Below, piece after piece: positions 1-9,347 of a DNA stretch of 64,000 nucleotides. Location of the stretch: the NCBI GenBank assembly GCA_001817215.1, contig MHHX01000019.1, positions 16,302-80,301 on the forward strand, written 5' to 3'. The notes under the pieces were generated by a model. The model did not search any database, had not been told where the DNA came from, and was given only the letters and a program-made list of their open reading frames with translations. Every line of letters begins with the position of its first letter. The first letter of the stretch is position 1. The DNA comes from Candidatus Brennerbacteria bacterium RIFOXYC1_FULL_41_11. GTDB taxonomy: Bacteria > Patescibacteriota > Minisyncoccia > UBA6257 > Brennerbacteraceae. The position numbers and the translations under genes are program-made.

Positions 1-171
1 CGACACAGTCGATCTGGTTTTTCGTTTTCAACTGGAAAGCGTTTGGGACGACAGTCTTAATTTTAATTGTATTGGTTCTGGCTCCTTTTGTCCTGAAAAA
101 ATACAATCAGTGGATAATTTCTAAAGCCTTAGGCAAGAGGTAAAAAATAAGAAGGGCGCTATAATATCTTT

Positions 172-1143
172 ATGAAAAAGCTTTTGCCAACATTAGCTTT
201 TGTTTTTCTTTCCTTTTTTTCTATATCGTTCCTTAAGATTGACCAGCTTTTAATTAACTATTTTGTCAATCGCGCTGATGCCGTGGAAGTGACAGCAATA
301 GTCGGCAGTCCTTCGCCATCCATGTCTGTTTCACCAACGCCATCACCGACGCCTTCGCAAGGCGGTGGTGGAGGAGGTGGGGGAGGCGGGATGATTTTGC
401 CACCGACTCAAGCAACAGTAGTTTTTTCTGGCAAGGCTTACCCTGGCAGTAATGTGGTGTTGCTTAAAGACGCGCAGGTCGCGACAACAGTAAAAGCCGG
501 TCAAGATGCGAATTTTTCTGTAACGCTTTCCGGTATCTCCGGAGGAAGCTATATTTTTTCTTTGTACGGTGAGAATAGCAGGGGGAATCGATCTTCGCTC
601 TTAACGTTTCCGGTTTCAATAGTTTCCGGCGCAACAACTCTGGTTAGCGGAATTTTTATCTCTCCGACGATTGCAGTTGATAAATCTGAGGTGAAAAGAG
701 GCGATAACATAGTTGTTTTCGGACAGTCTTTTCCGAAATCAGAGATCACAGTTTCTGTTTCTTCCGAAGAAGAGAATTTTTTTAAAATTATTTCCGATCA
801 GGCGGGTGCTTACCTGTTGAATCTCGATTCTTCAATATTGGAAGTTGGGGATCACTTCACGAAATCAAAATCAGCGATCTCCGGTGAGATCAGTGTTTTT
901 GGTAAATCTGTTAGTTTCAAAGTCGGGACCAAGAATGTTCTGGCCGTTCAGGAAACATTGGCATGCCATAGGCGTTCCGATGTTAATGGTGATTGCCGCG
1001 TGAACTTAACTGATTTTTCAATCGTTGCTTATTGGTATAAAAGAGCATTGACCTCGGCTGTAAAAAATGGGGTTGATTTTAATGCCGATGGAAAGGTAAC
1101 CTTAGTTGATTTTTCAATCATGGCTTATTATTGGACGGGATAG
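172..1143 (+). CDS. Secreted/surface protein with Ig-like domains and a C-terminal dockerin-like (double EF-hand) domain
   Basis: N-terminal signal/TM segment; S/P/T and poly-Gly linker; duplicated Ca-loop DVNGDCRVNLTDF / DFNADGKVTLVDF. Confidence 0.75.
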   Translation: MKKLLPTLAFVFLSFFSISFLKIDQLLINYFVNRADAVEVTAIVGSPSPSMSVSPTPSPTPSQGGGGGGGGGGMILPPTQATVVFSGKAYPGSNVVLLKDAQVATTVKAGQDANFSVTLSGISGGSYIFSLYGENSRGNRSSLLTFPVSIVSGATTLVSGIFISPTIAVDKSEVKRGDNIVVFGQSFPKSEITVSVSSEEENFFKIISDQAGAYLLNLDSSILEVGDHFTKSKSAISGEISVFGKSVSFKVGTKNVLAVQETLACHRRSDVNGDCRVNLTDFSIVAYWYKRALTSAVKNGVDFNADGKVTLVDFSIMAYYWTG

Positions 1144-1196
1144 CAAAAATTCCGCAGGCTGGATTGGAAGCTTCAATTTTCAACAACTAATTTTAA

Positions 1197-2135
1197 ATGA
1201 TTAAACTGAGAAAACCAAAAATATTGATTGTTATTGTTACTTGCTGTTTGTTATTTGCCGATAGCGCTTTCGCCGTTTCGATTTACTGGCAGGCGCCTTC
1301 TGAAGTCGGAGTCGGGCAAGGATTTTCTGCGGCTTTGTTGCTTGATCCCTTGGGAAAAGAAATCAACGCGATTGAGGGCAGGGTTGTTATTCCTCGAGAG
1401 CTGGAAGTCATTTCTGTAAATTCAGGGAATTCCCTCGTTAGTTTGTGGATCGAGAAACCAAATCCGAGCGGTAGTGGAGAGATTGTTTTTTCCGGAGTGA
1501 TGCCGGGTGGGTACCTTGGCGAATTGGGTCCTTTTTGGGAGGGTTATCATCGTGGCGAAATTTTTAAAGTGATGTTTAAGCCGGTTGCCACCGGGCAGGT
1601 TGAGATTTTGACTAAAGATTTTTCCGCTCTTTTAAATGATGGTTTGGGGACAAAAACAAATCTTAATCTGAAAAGCCACTTATTAGTAATTAAATCGGAG
1701 ATTCAGGCACCTTTAGAAAATATTTCTGAAGACAGGGAGGCACCGGAAAAGTTTTCAGTAGAAATTATTAAAAATGAAAATCTTTTTGAGAATCAATGGG
1801 CACTAGTTTTTTCGGCTCAAGACAAAGGTTCGGGCATAAACCATTATGAAGTTCGGGAAACATCTCCTTATCTTTGGCAAAGGTTTTTTCAATCCCGTTG
1901 GCAGGTCACTGAGGATGGGCCGTATTTACTGAAAGATCAGAATCTGAATAGTTTGATCAAGGTTAAGGCTATTGATAACTTGGGAAATGAAAAAGAGTCA
2001 ATAATTCAAGCTCAAAACACGATTTTTTGGTATCAGGATCAGAGCCGCTGGGTTATAATGATATCTGTGATTCTTTCAGTCTTTTTTTTGAGAAAAGCTT
2101 TATTTGGCTGGTTTTTAAAATGCAATAAAGTGTAG
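1197..2135 (+). CDS. Cohesin-domain surface protein with a C-terminal TM anchor
   Basis: Signal peptide; cohesin-like segment INAIEG...SLWIEKP...IVFSG...FKVMF; Ig-like D-x-x-SGI-x-x-YEV motif; C-terminal TM helix. Confidence 0.7.
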   Translation: MIKLRKPKILIVIVTCCLLFADSAFAVSIYWQAPSEVGVGQGFSAALLLDPLGKEINAIEGRVVIPRELEVISVNSGNSLVSLWIEKPNPSGSGEIVFSGVMPGGYLGELGPFWEGYHRGEIFKVMFKPVATGQVEILTKDFSALLNDGLGTKTNLNLKSHLLVIKSEIQAPLENISEDREAPEKFSVEIIKNENLFENQWALVFSAQDKGSGINHYEVRETSPYLWQRFFQSRWQVTEDGPYLLKDQNLNSLIKVKAIDNLGNEKESIIQAQNTIFWYQDQSRWVIMISVILSVFFLRKALFGWFLKCNKV

Positions 2136-2163
2136 AAGAATAGAATCCGGAACAGTAAGAAAT

Positions 2164-3882
2164 ATGAAAACAATCAGGTTATTGAAATTCTTTGTTTTAT
2201 TTTCTTTATTGTATTTTCTCGGTCCCGGCCTTGCCGCCGCGGCCTCTTTATATAGTTCTCCGGCTGTCGGCAATATTTCTTTGGGTCAGACGATCACGAT
2301 TGGCATTTACGTTTCAAGTCCTCATCAGGCAATGAATGCAATCTCGGGATCTTTGAATTTTCCCGCTGATAAGCTGGAGGTTTTAAGTGTTTCAAAGTCG
2401 GGTTCAATTGTTAACCTTTGGGTTCAGGAGCCGAGCTTCTCAAATTCTTCTGGTATGTTGAATTTTGAAGGAATTGTTTTGAATCCGGGGTTTACTGGTT
2501 CTGGCGGTAAGGTGATTTCAATCCAGTTCCGTGCAAAAAATATTGGCACGTCATTGATCTCCTTTTCCAGCGCTTCAATTTTGGCTAATGATGGGAATGG
2601 GACAAATATTTTGTCTGGTTTAACCGGATCGAGTCTTTCCGTGCAGCAACAAGGCAATACAGTGCCCGGTACAGACCCTATTGGCGTTGACCCCTTGACG
2701 CCGCAATCGCCAATAATTATTTCTCAAACTCATCCGGATCAGGAAAAGTGGTACAGTCTTTCTGATGTAAATTTTTCATGGCAGTCGGAACCAGGCGTGA
2801 CTGGCGTCAGGACCCTTTTTGACAAACTGGCCAGATCTCAGCCGACAATCATCAACGATTCTTTAACAAGCGTCAAAAGTGTCAAGGGGATTACGGACGG
2901 GATTTGGTTTTTTCATCTTCAGTTGAAGAATAAATACGGCTGGGGCGGAGCCTCTCATTTTCGCGTTCAAATAGACAAGACTGAGCCGGAGCCATTCTCG
3001 ATTAATTTTCTTGGAGACAAAAATTCGGTCAAGTCTCAACCAAAAATAAAATTTGAGACAGAAGATAAGCTTTCGGGAATTGATTATTATCTTGTTAAGA
3101 TCAATGATCCCGTTGCCGTGAAAGTTTATCCAGAAGAAGTCGGGGGCAGGGAGTATTCTCTGTCTGTTAACGAACCCGGTCGGGGGCTTGTAATTATTGA
3201 AGCCTATGATAAGGCCGGCAACTCGCGGATAGAGACAGAAGATTTTTTCGTTGAATCCCTTGAGCCTCCGGTTTTTGAAGAGTATCCAAAAGAACTGACG
3301 GCGGGAAAGATTTTGGTTGTGAAGGGGAAGTCATATCCTGATTCAGAAGTGATTTTTAAAGTTTTAAAAGACGACAAAGAGATGCCAGTTCGGTCGATTC
3401 ACGCCGGCCCCGACGGCAGTTTCGTTTTTGTTTATGAAGATAAAGTTGCTGCCGGGGTATATAAAGTCAGTGCCAGGACTGTTGCTGATGATAGCGGCCA
3501 GAGTTTTTTCAATGAACCGATTTTGATTCCCGTGAGTCAAGGATTTTTGCAATTATCCGGATTTACATTTCTTAGCGCTATTGGATTTATGGCGCTGGTC
3601 GTCGCCATCTCGTTTTTGGTATTTCATATTTGGCAGCACATCAAGAGGAGATCTTATTTAACCAAGGAGATCAGCGAAGCTAAGACCGTTCTGTTGGAAG
3701 AGTTTAAAAAGCTTAAACGTGAAGCGCAAAAGCAGGTTGATCTGCTTGAAAATTTGAGACAGTGGCGCGAACTGAGTTTTGAAGAAGCGGCGTTGTTGGA
3801 AGATCTCGGCAAAGAGATTGAAACCTTGAGCTCAGCCGAAAATTTGATCAAGAAAGAGATTGAGGATATTAATCAAGTTTGA
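2164..3882 (+). CDS. Cohesin-domain, multi-Ig surface protein with TM anchor and cytoplasmic coiled tail
   Basis: Paralogous N-terminus (MNAISG...NLWVQEP...ILANDGNGT), Ig-like repeats, TM near residues 465-490. Confidence 0.7.
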   Translation: MKTIRLLKFFVLFSLLYFLGPGLAAAASLYSSPAVGNISLGQTITIGIYVSSPHQAMNAISGSLNFPADKLEVLSVSKSGSIVNLWVQEPSFSNSSGMLNFEGIVLNPGFTGSGGKVISIQFRAKNIGTSLISFSSASILANDGNGTNILSGLTGSSLSVQQQGNTVPGTDPIGVDPLTPQSPIIISQTHPDQEKWYSLSDVNFSWQSEPGVTGVRTLFDKLARSQPTIINDSLTSVKSVKGITDGIWFFHLQLKNKYGWGGASHFRVQIDKTEPEPFSINFLGDKNSVKSQPKIKFETEDKLSGIDYYLVKINDPVAVKVYPEEVGGREYSLSVNEPGRGLVIIEAYDKAGNSRIETEDFFVESLEPPVFEEYPKELTAGKILVVKGKSYPDSEVIFKVLKDDKEMPVRSIHAGPDGSFVFVYEDKVAAGVYKVSARTVADDSGQSFFNEPILIPVSQGFLQLSGFTFLSAIGFMALVVAISFLVFHIWQHIKRRSYLTKEISEAKTVLLEEFKKLKREAQKQVDLLENLRQWRELSFEEAALLEDLGKEIETLSSAENLIKKEIEDINQV

Positions 3883-3886
3883 GGCA

Positions 3887-5104
3887 GTGGTTTTTGAAGA
3901 AAAATATTTTTCTAGATTTTTGAGCATTTCCGGGATTTCCAGAGAGGCTTTGGCTCTTTACTCGATGCATTTTTTGCGTAACTTTGCCGTTGGATTGTTT
4001 GGGATTTTCGTTCCGATCTATATCTTTCAGAACGCCACAAAACCGGTCATTGTTTCGGATATTTTTCTGAGTAATCTTTTATGGGTAGTTTTTTATTTTT
4101 TGGCATATTCGTTTTCAATGTTGATTTCCTCGTTGTTTTTAGGCAACTTGATCTTTAATTCCTTAGGATTTAAGAGATCGATTTTTCTGAGCATTCTGCT
4201 TTTGATCTTTGGGATTTTGTTTTTGGTTTTTTCCGAGAAAGTTTTCTTGTGGTCATTTCTCTCTGCTTTCTTACTTGGAGCTTGTGTTAATTTTTACTGG
4301 ATTCCGTTTCATGTTTTTTTTATTCGTAAGGCTAATCAGGGAGGGAACTATGGCAAGGAAACTTCTTTCCAGATTTTTTTAGGTAATCTTGCTGGCATCG
4401 TTGCACCGTTTATCGCTGGTGTCGTTATTTATTTTTCCGGTTTTGAAAAAGTTTTTACGATTTCGATCGCGTTTCTTCTAGTTTCTTTGTTGCCGCTGTT
4501 TTTTTTCGTTTCTGAAGGATTGCACCGCAATCATGATTTGAAAAAGATCGTTTCTGGTTTTTTGAAAGATCGCAGTAGTCGCCGAGCCTTGATTGGTCTT
4601 GCTGGCGCCGGTGTCGAAGATACGTTGTTCGGGGTATTCTGGCCGATTTTGCTGTTTTTGACTCTTATGGATACGATCAAGATCGGGGCGATTACCACGA
4701 TCTCGACATTTTTGTCTATGGTCGTGGTTCTTTGGGCGGGCATGATTTTTGAAGGTGGAAAGAATAAAAAACTTTTTGAGTGGAGTGCAATTTTTAACAG
4801 CCTACTTTATCTGCCGAGGTTTTTTATCAACTTCGCTTCCGGAATCTATGTTTTGGATATTTTGGATAAACTCAACTCAAAAATTTATGGCGTTGGGCTT
4901 TCTTCAAGCACCTATGATCTGGCGAAGCGTTTTGGAGATTCTGATTTTATCTTGATTCGTGAAGTGGTCTTGCATTTGGGAAGGGTGTTGGCGCTTTTGG
5001 CGTCTTTGGTCTTACTGTTATTTTTCCCCTGGAGAACGATTTTTTTTCTGATTGGAGCGATCTCTTTGCTTAATCTTCTGGTGTTGAAGGAGCATAGCGC
5101 CTGA
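3887..5104 (+). CDS. MFS-type membrane transporter
   Basis: About 12 hydrophobic segments in about 400 aa; GTG at 3887 chosen to avoid overlap with the upstream gene. Confidence 0.7.
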   Translation: MVFEEKYFSRFLSISGISREALALYSMHFLRNFAVGLFGIFVPIYIFQNATKPVIVSDIFLSNLLWVVFYFLAYSFSMLISSLFLGNLIFNSLGFKRSIFLSILLLIFGILFLVFSEKVFLWSFLSAFLLGACVNFYWIPFHVFFIRKANQGGNYGKETSFQIFLGNLAGIVAPFIAGVVIYFSGFEKVFTISIAFLLVSLLPLFFFVSEGLHRNHDLKKIVSGFLKDRSSRRALIGLAGAGVEDTLFGVFWPILLFLTLMDTIKIGAITTISTFLSMVVVLWAGMIFEGGKNKKLFEWSAIFNSLLYLPRFFINFASGIYVLDILDKLNSKIYGVGLSSSTYDLAKRFGDSDFILIREVVLHLGRVLALLASLVLLLFFPWRTIFFLIGAISLLNLLVLKEHSA

Positions 5105-5168
5105 ACCCTGTTTTGGCAATTCTGGTATAATTAATTAAATAGTGAGCAATTAATTTTTTTGTTTAAAT

Positions 5169-5408
5169 ATGTTTGATCAATTGCCATCTTTGATGGCGAA
5201 TCGATGGGTGATCTTGTTTTTGCTGTCTTGGTCTTTGGTTTGGAAGGGCCTGGCTTTATGGCGTGCCGCCAGAAGCAGCCAGAGAAATTGGTTTATTGTT
5301 CTCTTGGTTGTGAATACCCTTGGGGTTTTGGAGATTTTTTATCTTTTTTTCTGGGATAGCTTCAAACAAATTTCGAAGAAACTTTTTGGTTCGAATAATT
5401 CATCATGA
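5169..5408 (+). CDS. Small membrane protein (DUF5652-like)
   Basis: WKGLALWRAAR...WF..LL..NTLG.LEI.Y pattern; TGGTATAAT upstream. Confidence 0.7.
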   Translation: MFDQLPSLMANRWVILFLLSWSLVWKGLALWRAARSSQRNWFIVLLVVNTLGVLEIFYLFFWDSFKQISKKLFGSNNSS

Positions 5409-5418
5409 ATTTTCAATT

Positions 5419-5778
5419 ATGAAAAAAGTTATTATTGTTGAAGATGATAACGCCATGGGCAACGTTTTAGCGGCCAGAATTAGGAACGAAGGATTTGAAA
5501 CCATCCACGTCCTGAACGGTGAGAAGGCCTTGTCCCAATTGAAGCAATCGCCGTTTGACTTGATGATTCTTGATTTGATTATGCCAAAGCTTGATGGCGT
5601 GGCTCTTTTGGAGAAGATGTCGCAGGACGGTTTTAAGATTCCGGTCATTATCGTCTCAAATTTGTCCCAGGATACAGACCGCAGTCGTGTGGCAAAATAC
5701 AACGTGATTCAATTCTTTTCGAAGTCCGATATCACCGTCGCCGAGATAGTCGGTTTTGTAAAAAACTTTTTGGCTTAA
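5419..5778 (+). CDS. Single-domain response regulator (receiver)
   Basis: VEDD, DLMILDLIMPKLDG and conserved K; ATG at 5419. Confidence 0.9.
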   Translation: MKKVIIVEDDNAMGNVLAARIRNEGFETIHVLNGEKALSQLKQSPFDLMILDLIMPKLDGVALLEKMSQDGFKIPVIIVSNLSQDTDRSRVAKYNVIQFFSKSDITVAEIVGFVKNFLA

Positions 5779-5781
5779 GAT

Positions 5782-7581
5782 ATGTTCGTCGGCGGAGCCA
5801 GGCAAAAAGTAGCCAGAAGAAGATCTGGTTTTTGGTTATATTTTTCATATATTTTTTCTTTGTTTTTGATTTCAGTTTTGATTCTGGGATCCGGATTTGT
5901 GTTAATCAGATTTGTTTCGGGATTGGAAAATAATTCCAGGTTGGTTAATTTGGCCGGCGGGCAGAGAACGTTGGCCCAGGACATTTTGAATATTAGTCTG
6001 CAGCTGGCTAGCAACAAAGACAGTGACACTCAGGTTTTAAAAAAACATCTTAATCTGAGTTTTAATACTTTCGTTGATAATCAAAAAGCCCTGGAAGAAA
6101 GAAACCCCGATCTTGAGCTTGGCGGTAAGAACAGTGATATTATTGATGCTTTTCTTTCCGAGATTAAGCCTGATTACCAAGGGATAGTTTCCAGCGCCTT
6201 GATTGTCAAATCTCGAGCCCCCGGCGATCCGGTCGTTTTTTCAGCTGTTCGGGAGATGATACGTTTTGAAAATGATTTTTCGATCAAGATGGACAGAGTG
6301 GTTTCTCAGTACGAATTAGAGTCTAAGGAAAAAGTTCTTTATGCTGAAAGCCTTGCCATTGTTATTGCCGGGGTGATATTGGGAGTGATTTTTTCTGAAG
6401 CTTTATTTATTTTTTGGCCTTTGTCCCAGAGGATAAATCGGACAATTTTTGAGACGGAAAGATTTCGTCTTGCGGTGGAAAATACTTCGGATGCGGTTAT
6501 TATATTTAACAAAAACGGTAGCGCCATATATTCGAACGAAACTTTGGAGCATTTTACCGGGTTCTCGGAATACGAGCTTTTGGGAGAAAGGTTTGAAAGC
6601 CAGCGTTTTTGGGGCGATTTGATCGAACCTGATTTTTTTGACCGTATTTGGGATCAGGTTTTCGAAAAAAAAGAAAAATTTTCCGGAGAATTGATTCAAA
6701 AAAATAAGGTTGGTATGGAACGTGATCTGAAAGTATCTTTTTTCCCGGTTTTAAACAAGAGATCGCGGGTCGAGTTTTTGGTTGGCATTTTAAGAGATAT
6801 TACTAGCGAAAAAGAAATTGATCGTGCAAAATCAGAGTTTGTCTCTCTCGCTTCGCATCAAATGAAGTCGCCTCTTTCAAAGACCAAGTGGTTGACGGAG
6901 TCTCTGCTGGCCGGAGATTCCGGAAAGTTTAATGAAGAACAGGATTGTCAACTTAAAGAGATTTATGAAAGTAACCAGAGGATGATAGATTTGGTTAACG
7001 GTTTGCTTGATGTTTCTCGAATCGAGCTTGGAGTTTTCAAATTTGAGCCTCAATTGGTCAATGTTTCAGAGGTTGTTAGAACGGTTCTCTCAGAGGTTGA
7101 AGTTCAGGCAAAGAAGAAAAATTTGAGGATTGTTCAGTTCATTCAAGAAGGATTGCCGCAGATTGAATCAGATCAAAAATTGATAAGGATTATTTTTCAG
7201 AACTTAATTTCAAACGCCGTAAAATATACCGGCAATAACGGTTTTGTGGAAATAACGGTCAAGATAGCAAAAAAAGATCAGGTCTTTGATCAAAAACCGT
7301 TGAAGGAAGATTCTTTGTTCATTTCCGTTAAAGATAACGGTGTCGGCATTCCCGAGAATCAAAAAGACAAGATTTTCTCAAAACTTTTTCGTGCTGACAA
7401 TGTGAGAATGATGGATGTTGAGGGCACTGGACTGGGGCTATATGTTGTAAAATCGATCATAAACAAGATCGGCGGCGAGATCTGGTTTGAATCTTCTGTT
7501 TCTACCGAGACCGTTTCCGGAACAGGAAATATTTCCGGGACGGCTTTCTATGTTTTGATGCCGCTTCATCAGAAGCAGTAG
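5782..7581 (+). CDS. PAS sensor histidine kinase with NarX/PilJ-like extracellular domain
   Basis: Two TM helices; P-box-like VNLAGGQRTLAQ; PAS; H-box ASHQMKSPL; NLISNAVKY, DNGVGIP, GTGLGL. Confidence 0.9.
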   Translation: MFVGGARQKVARRRSGFWLYFSYIFSLFLISVLILGSGFVLIRFVSGLENNSRLVNLAGGQRTLAQDILNISLQLASNKDSDTQVLKKHLNLSFNTFVDNQKALEERNPDLELGGKNSDIIDAFLSEIKPDYQGIVSSALIVKSRAPGDPVVFSAVREMIRFENDFSIKMDRVVSQYELESKEKVLYAESLAIVIAGVILGVIFSEALFIFWPLSQRINRTIFETERFRLAVENTSDAVIIFNKNGSAIYSNETLEHFTGFSEYELLGERFESQRFWGDLIEPDFFDRIWDQVFEKKEKFSGELIQKNKVGMERDLKVSFFPVLNKRSRVEFLVGILRDITSEKEIDRAKSEFVSLASHQMKSPLSKTKWLTESLLAGDSGKFNEEQDCQLKEIYESNQRMIDLVNGLLDVSRIELGVFKFEPQLVNVSEVVRTVLSEVEVQAKKKNLRIVQFIQEGLPQIESDQKLIRIIFQNLISNAVKYTGNNGFVEITVKIAKKDQVFDQKPLKEDSLFISVKDNGVGIPENQKDKIFSKLFRADNVRMMDVEGTGLGLYVVKSIINKIGGEIWFESSVSTETVSGTGNISGTAFYVLMPLHQKQ

Positions 7582-7643
7582 TTGAATCGTTAAGAGAACA
7601 GATGGCTCTGAACGAAAATAAAAGTCGCCCCAAAAGACGGCTT

Positions 7644-8363
7644 TTATTTTTTAATGTTTATGATTGAAAAGTATTGCGACTCAGCATAGCCCCATTCGAG
7701 GTATCCTTCAAGAGAGATTTCTCTGCCGATATTGTTTTCCAAGAAAATCCACTGGTCGTTTATTGTCGGTATGATGTCAATCATTCCGGTTTTATCAGGG
7801 AAGTTTTCCACGTTGGGGCTGAGTTTTTCAAAAGATTCAGACAGTTTTAATAAATAATCATAGCCAATATCCGGAGCCGGTCTGGCGCCACGTACAACAA
7901 TGCCTTGCAAAATTAGTTTTGCGAGGTTATTGCCTTGCTGTGGCCATTGTCTCAAAGAATCCGGATAGGGATTGCAGTTTGAGTAGTCGATTGTCTTTAT
8001 GCTTTTTACGCTTAAGACTGAACGACCATAAGCTTCGCGGATCTTATCTTTGTTTTTCCATTCTTCCGGGACAGAGCCAGTGATGCGAGTGCATTTCCCC
8101 ATAAGATCGTCTTTCATGTTATCAGAGACCAGATAATAACCCATGATTTGTTCTTCTTGATAGGCTCTATCGTAATCTCCAAAACCAGTGACTTGGTAAT
8201 TGGCGAAAGTCAACTCACGCGTTTGCTTTTCTTCGTCAAGCAACCCGCTGGTTCGGATAACACCGGTAATTATTACCTGGTTTTTTCTCATGCTCCAGAT
8301 AAACCAACTGCTAGCTCCCAGGATAGAGCAAGCAGCTATAATTAAAATGATTATTTTTTTCAT
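7644..8363 (-). CDS. Secreted/membrane-anchored hypothetical protein
   Basis: 239-aa ORF with N-terminal signal/TM; starts about 25 bp after tRNA-Pro. Confidence 0.65.
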   Translation of the reverse strand: MKKIIILIIAACSILGASSWFIWSMRKNQVIITGVIRTSGLLDEEKQTRELTFANYQVTGFGDYDRAYQEEQIMGYYLVSDNMKDDLMGKCTRITGSVPEEWKNKDKIREAYGRSVLSVKSIKTIDYSNCNPYPDSLRQWPQQGNNLAKLILQGIVVRGARPAPDIGYDYLLKLSESFEKLSPNVENFPDKTGMIDIIPTINDQWIFLENNIGREISLEGYLEWGYAESQYFSIINIKK

Positions 8364-8388
8364 CGACGACGTCAGCTTTAATTAATTG

Positions 8389-8459
8389 TCGGACCGGGCA
8401 GAATCGAACTGCCGTCACGAGTACCCCATACTCGCATTCTACCACTGAACCACGGCCCG
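8389..8459 (-). tRNA. tRNA-Pro(GGG)
   Basis: Cloverleaf: CGGGCCG/CGGTCCG acceptor, CGAGT-ATGGGGT-ACTCG anticodon arm, GGCAG-TTCGATT-CTGCC T arm. Confidence 0.93.
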
Positions 8460-8535
8460 CATTGTTTATGGCTAATTATATTTAATTATAACAAAAACAC
8501 TTCCGGCTTTAGGGCGGAAGGTGTTTTTTAGAGAA

Positions 8536-8730
8536 TTATTTTCTTGCTGTCTTGGATCTTGTTTTCAGACACTGAACACAGGATTTTACTCTTTTGCCAG
8601 ATGGTAAAGTAAGCCACTGCAAGTTTGGATATTTCCTTGTGCTCTTGACTGGATTGTAGTTGCCGCGTAAAAGATTTCTCTTGCCAACAAGAATTGAGCC
8701 TTTGCCGCAGACTGAGCAGATTCGTGACAT
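8536..8730 (-). CDS. rpmB: 50S ribosomal protein L28
   Basis: MSRICSVCGK...RKYPNLQW...CVQCLK; ATG at 8730. Confidence 0.92.
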   Translation of the reverse strand: MSRICSVCGKGSILVGKRNLLRGNYNPVKSTRKYPNLQWLTLPSGKRVKSCVQCLKTRSKTARK

Positions 8731-8816
8731 AGATTTATATTTAGAAGCTAGAAAGTAAAATAAATACAGATTGAGTATACTTGAAAATACTGAAAATATC
8801 AAATCAGAATAAAAAT

Positions 8817-8847
8817 GTCTCTGGTTGCGGGCGCGGCAACCAGAGAC
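8817..8847 (-). terminator. Intrinsic terminator-like hairpin
   Basis: 12-bp stem GTCTCTGGTTGC/GCAACCAGAGAC followed by ATTTTT on the minus strand. Confidence 0.6.
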
Positions 8848-9347
8848 TGGGCAAACAGATTTTGTGCTATGGCATTTTCCTGGAGAGTTTTAGGTCGCGA
8901 ACCCGACAAAACCAGTTTTGCCGGAATATCTTGAAAACACGTCTGTTTCAAAAAATCTCCTTTGGATAATCTGTTCGGCTTGGCGGTACAACCAATTTCT
9001 CTGGGTTTACAGAGATGTTTGTTAATTTGCTCACTCCGCCAGTAGTCTCGAGCACGTTTTTCTCCTTGAGCGCCTCGGAAAATTAGTGCAGCCGGAGCTA
9101 GCTATCAATTTATACAACAAATTTACGATGATGTAAATCTTTAAGATACATCTTCGGTTTGATATAGTTAACTGGATGGATCCCGTAGTGAATTTTTGAT
9201 AGCCCTGCCTACCGGTAGGCAGGTTCTCAAGTATTTTTTGCTACCGTTTATTTGTGTGATAAAGATGATTTAATAGAGTTTGCACTATAAGACATGTTTA
9301 ACGTATTAACATTTGAGGCTAAAAATTAGTCAAAAACCTACTACGGG

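Noticed and set aside
301-390. S/P/T and poly-Gly low-complexity tract as a repeat element
   Set aside because: It is an ordinary flexible linker with synonymous codon variation.
8799-8951. Minus-strand peptide stretch ...QNLFAQSLVAA resembling a tmRNA tag
   Set aside because: No stop codon follows the AA and no tRNA-like tmRNA ends were found nearby.
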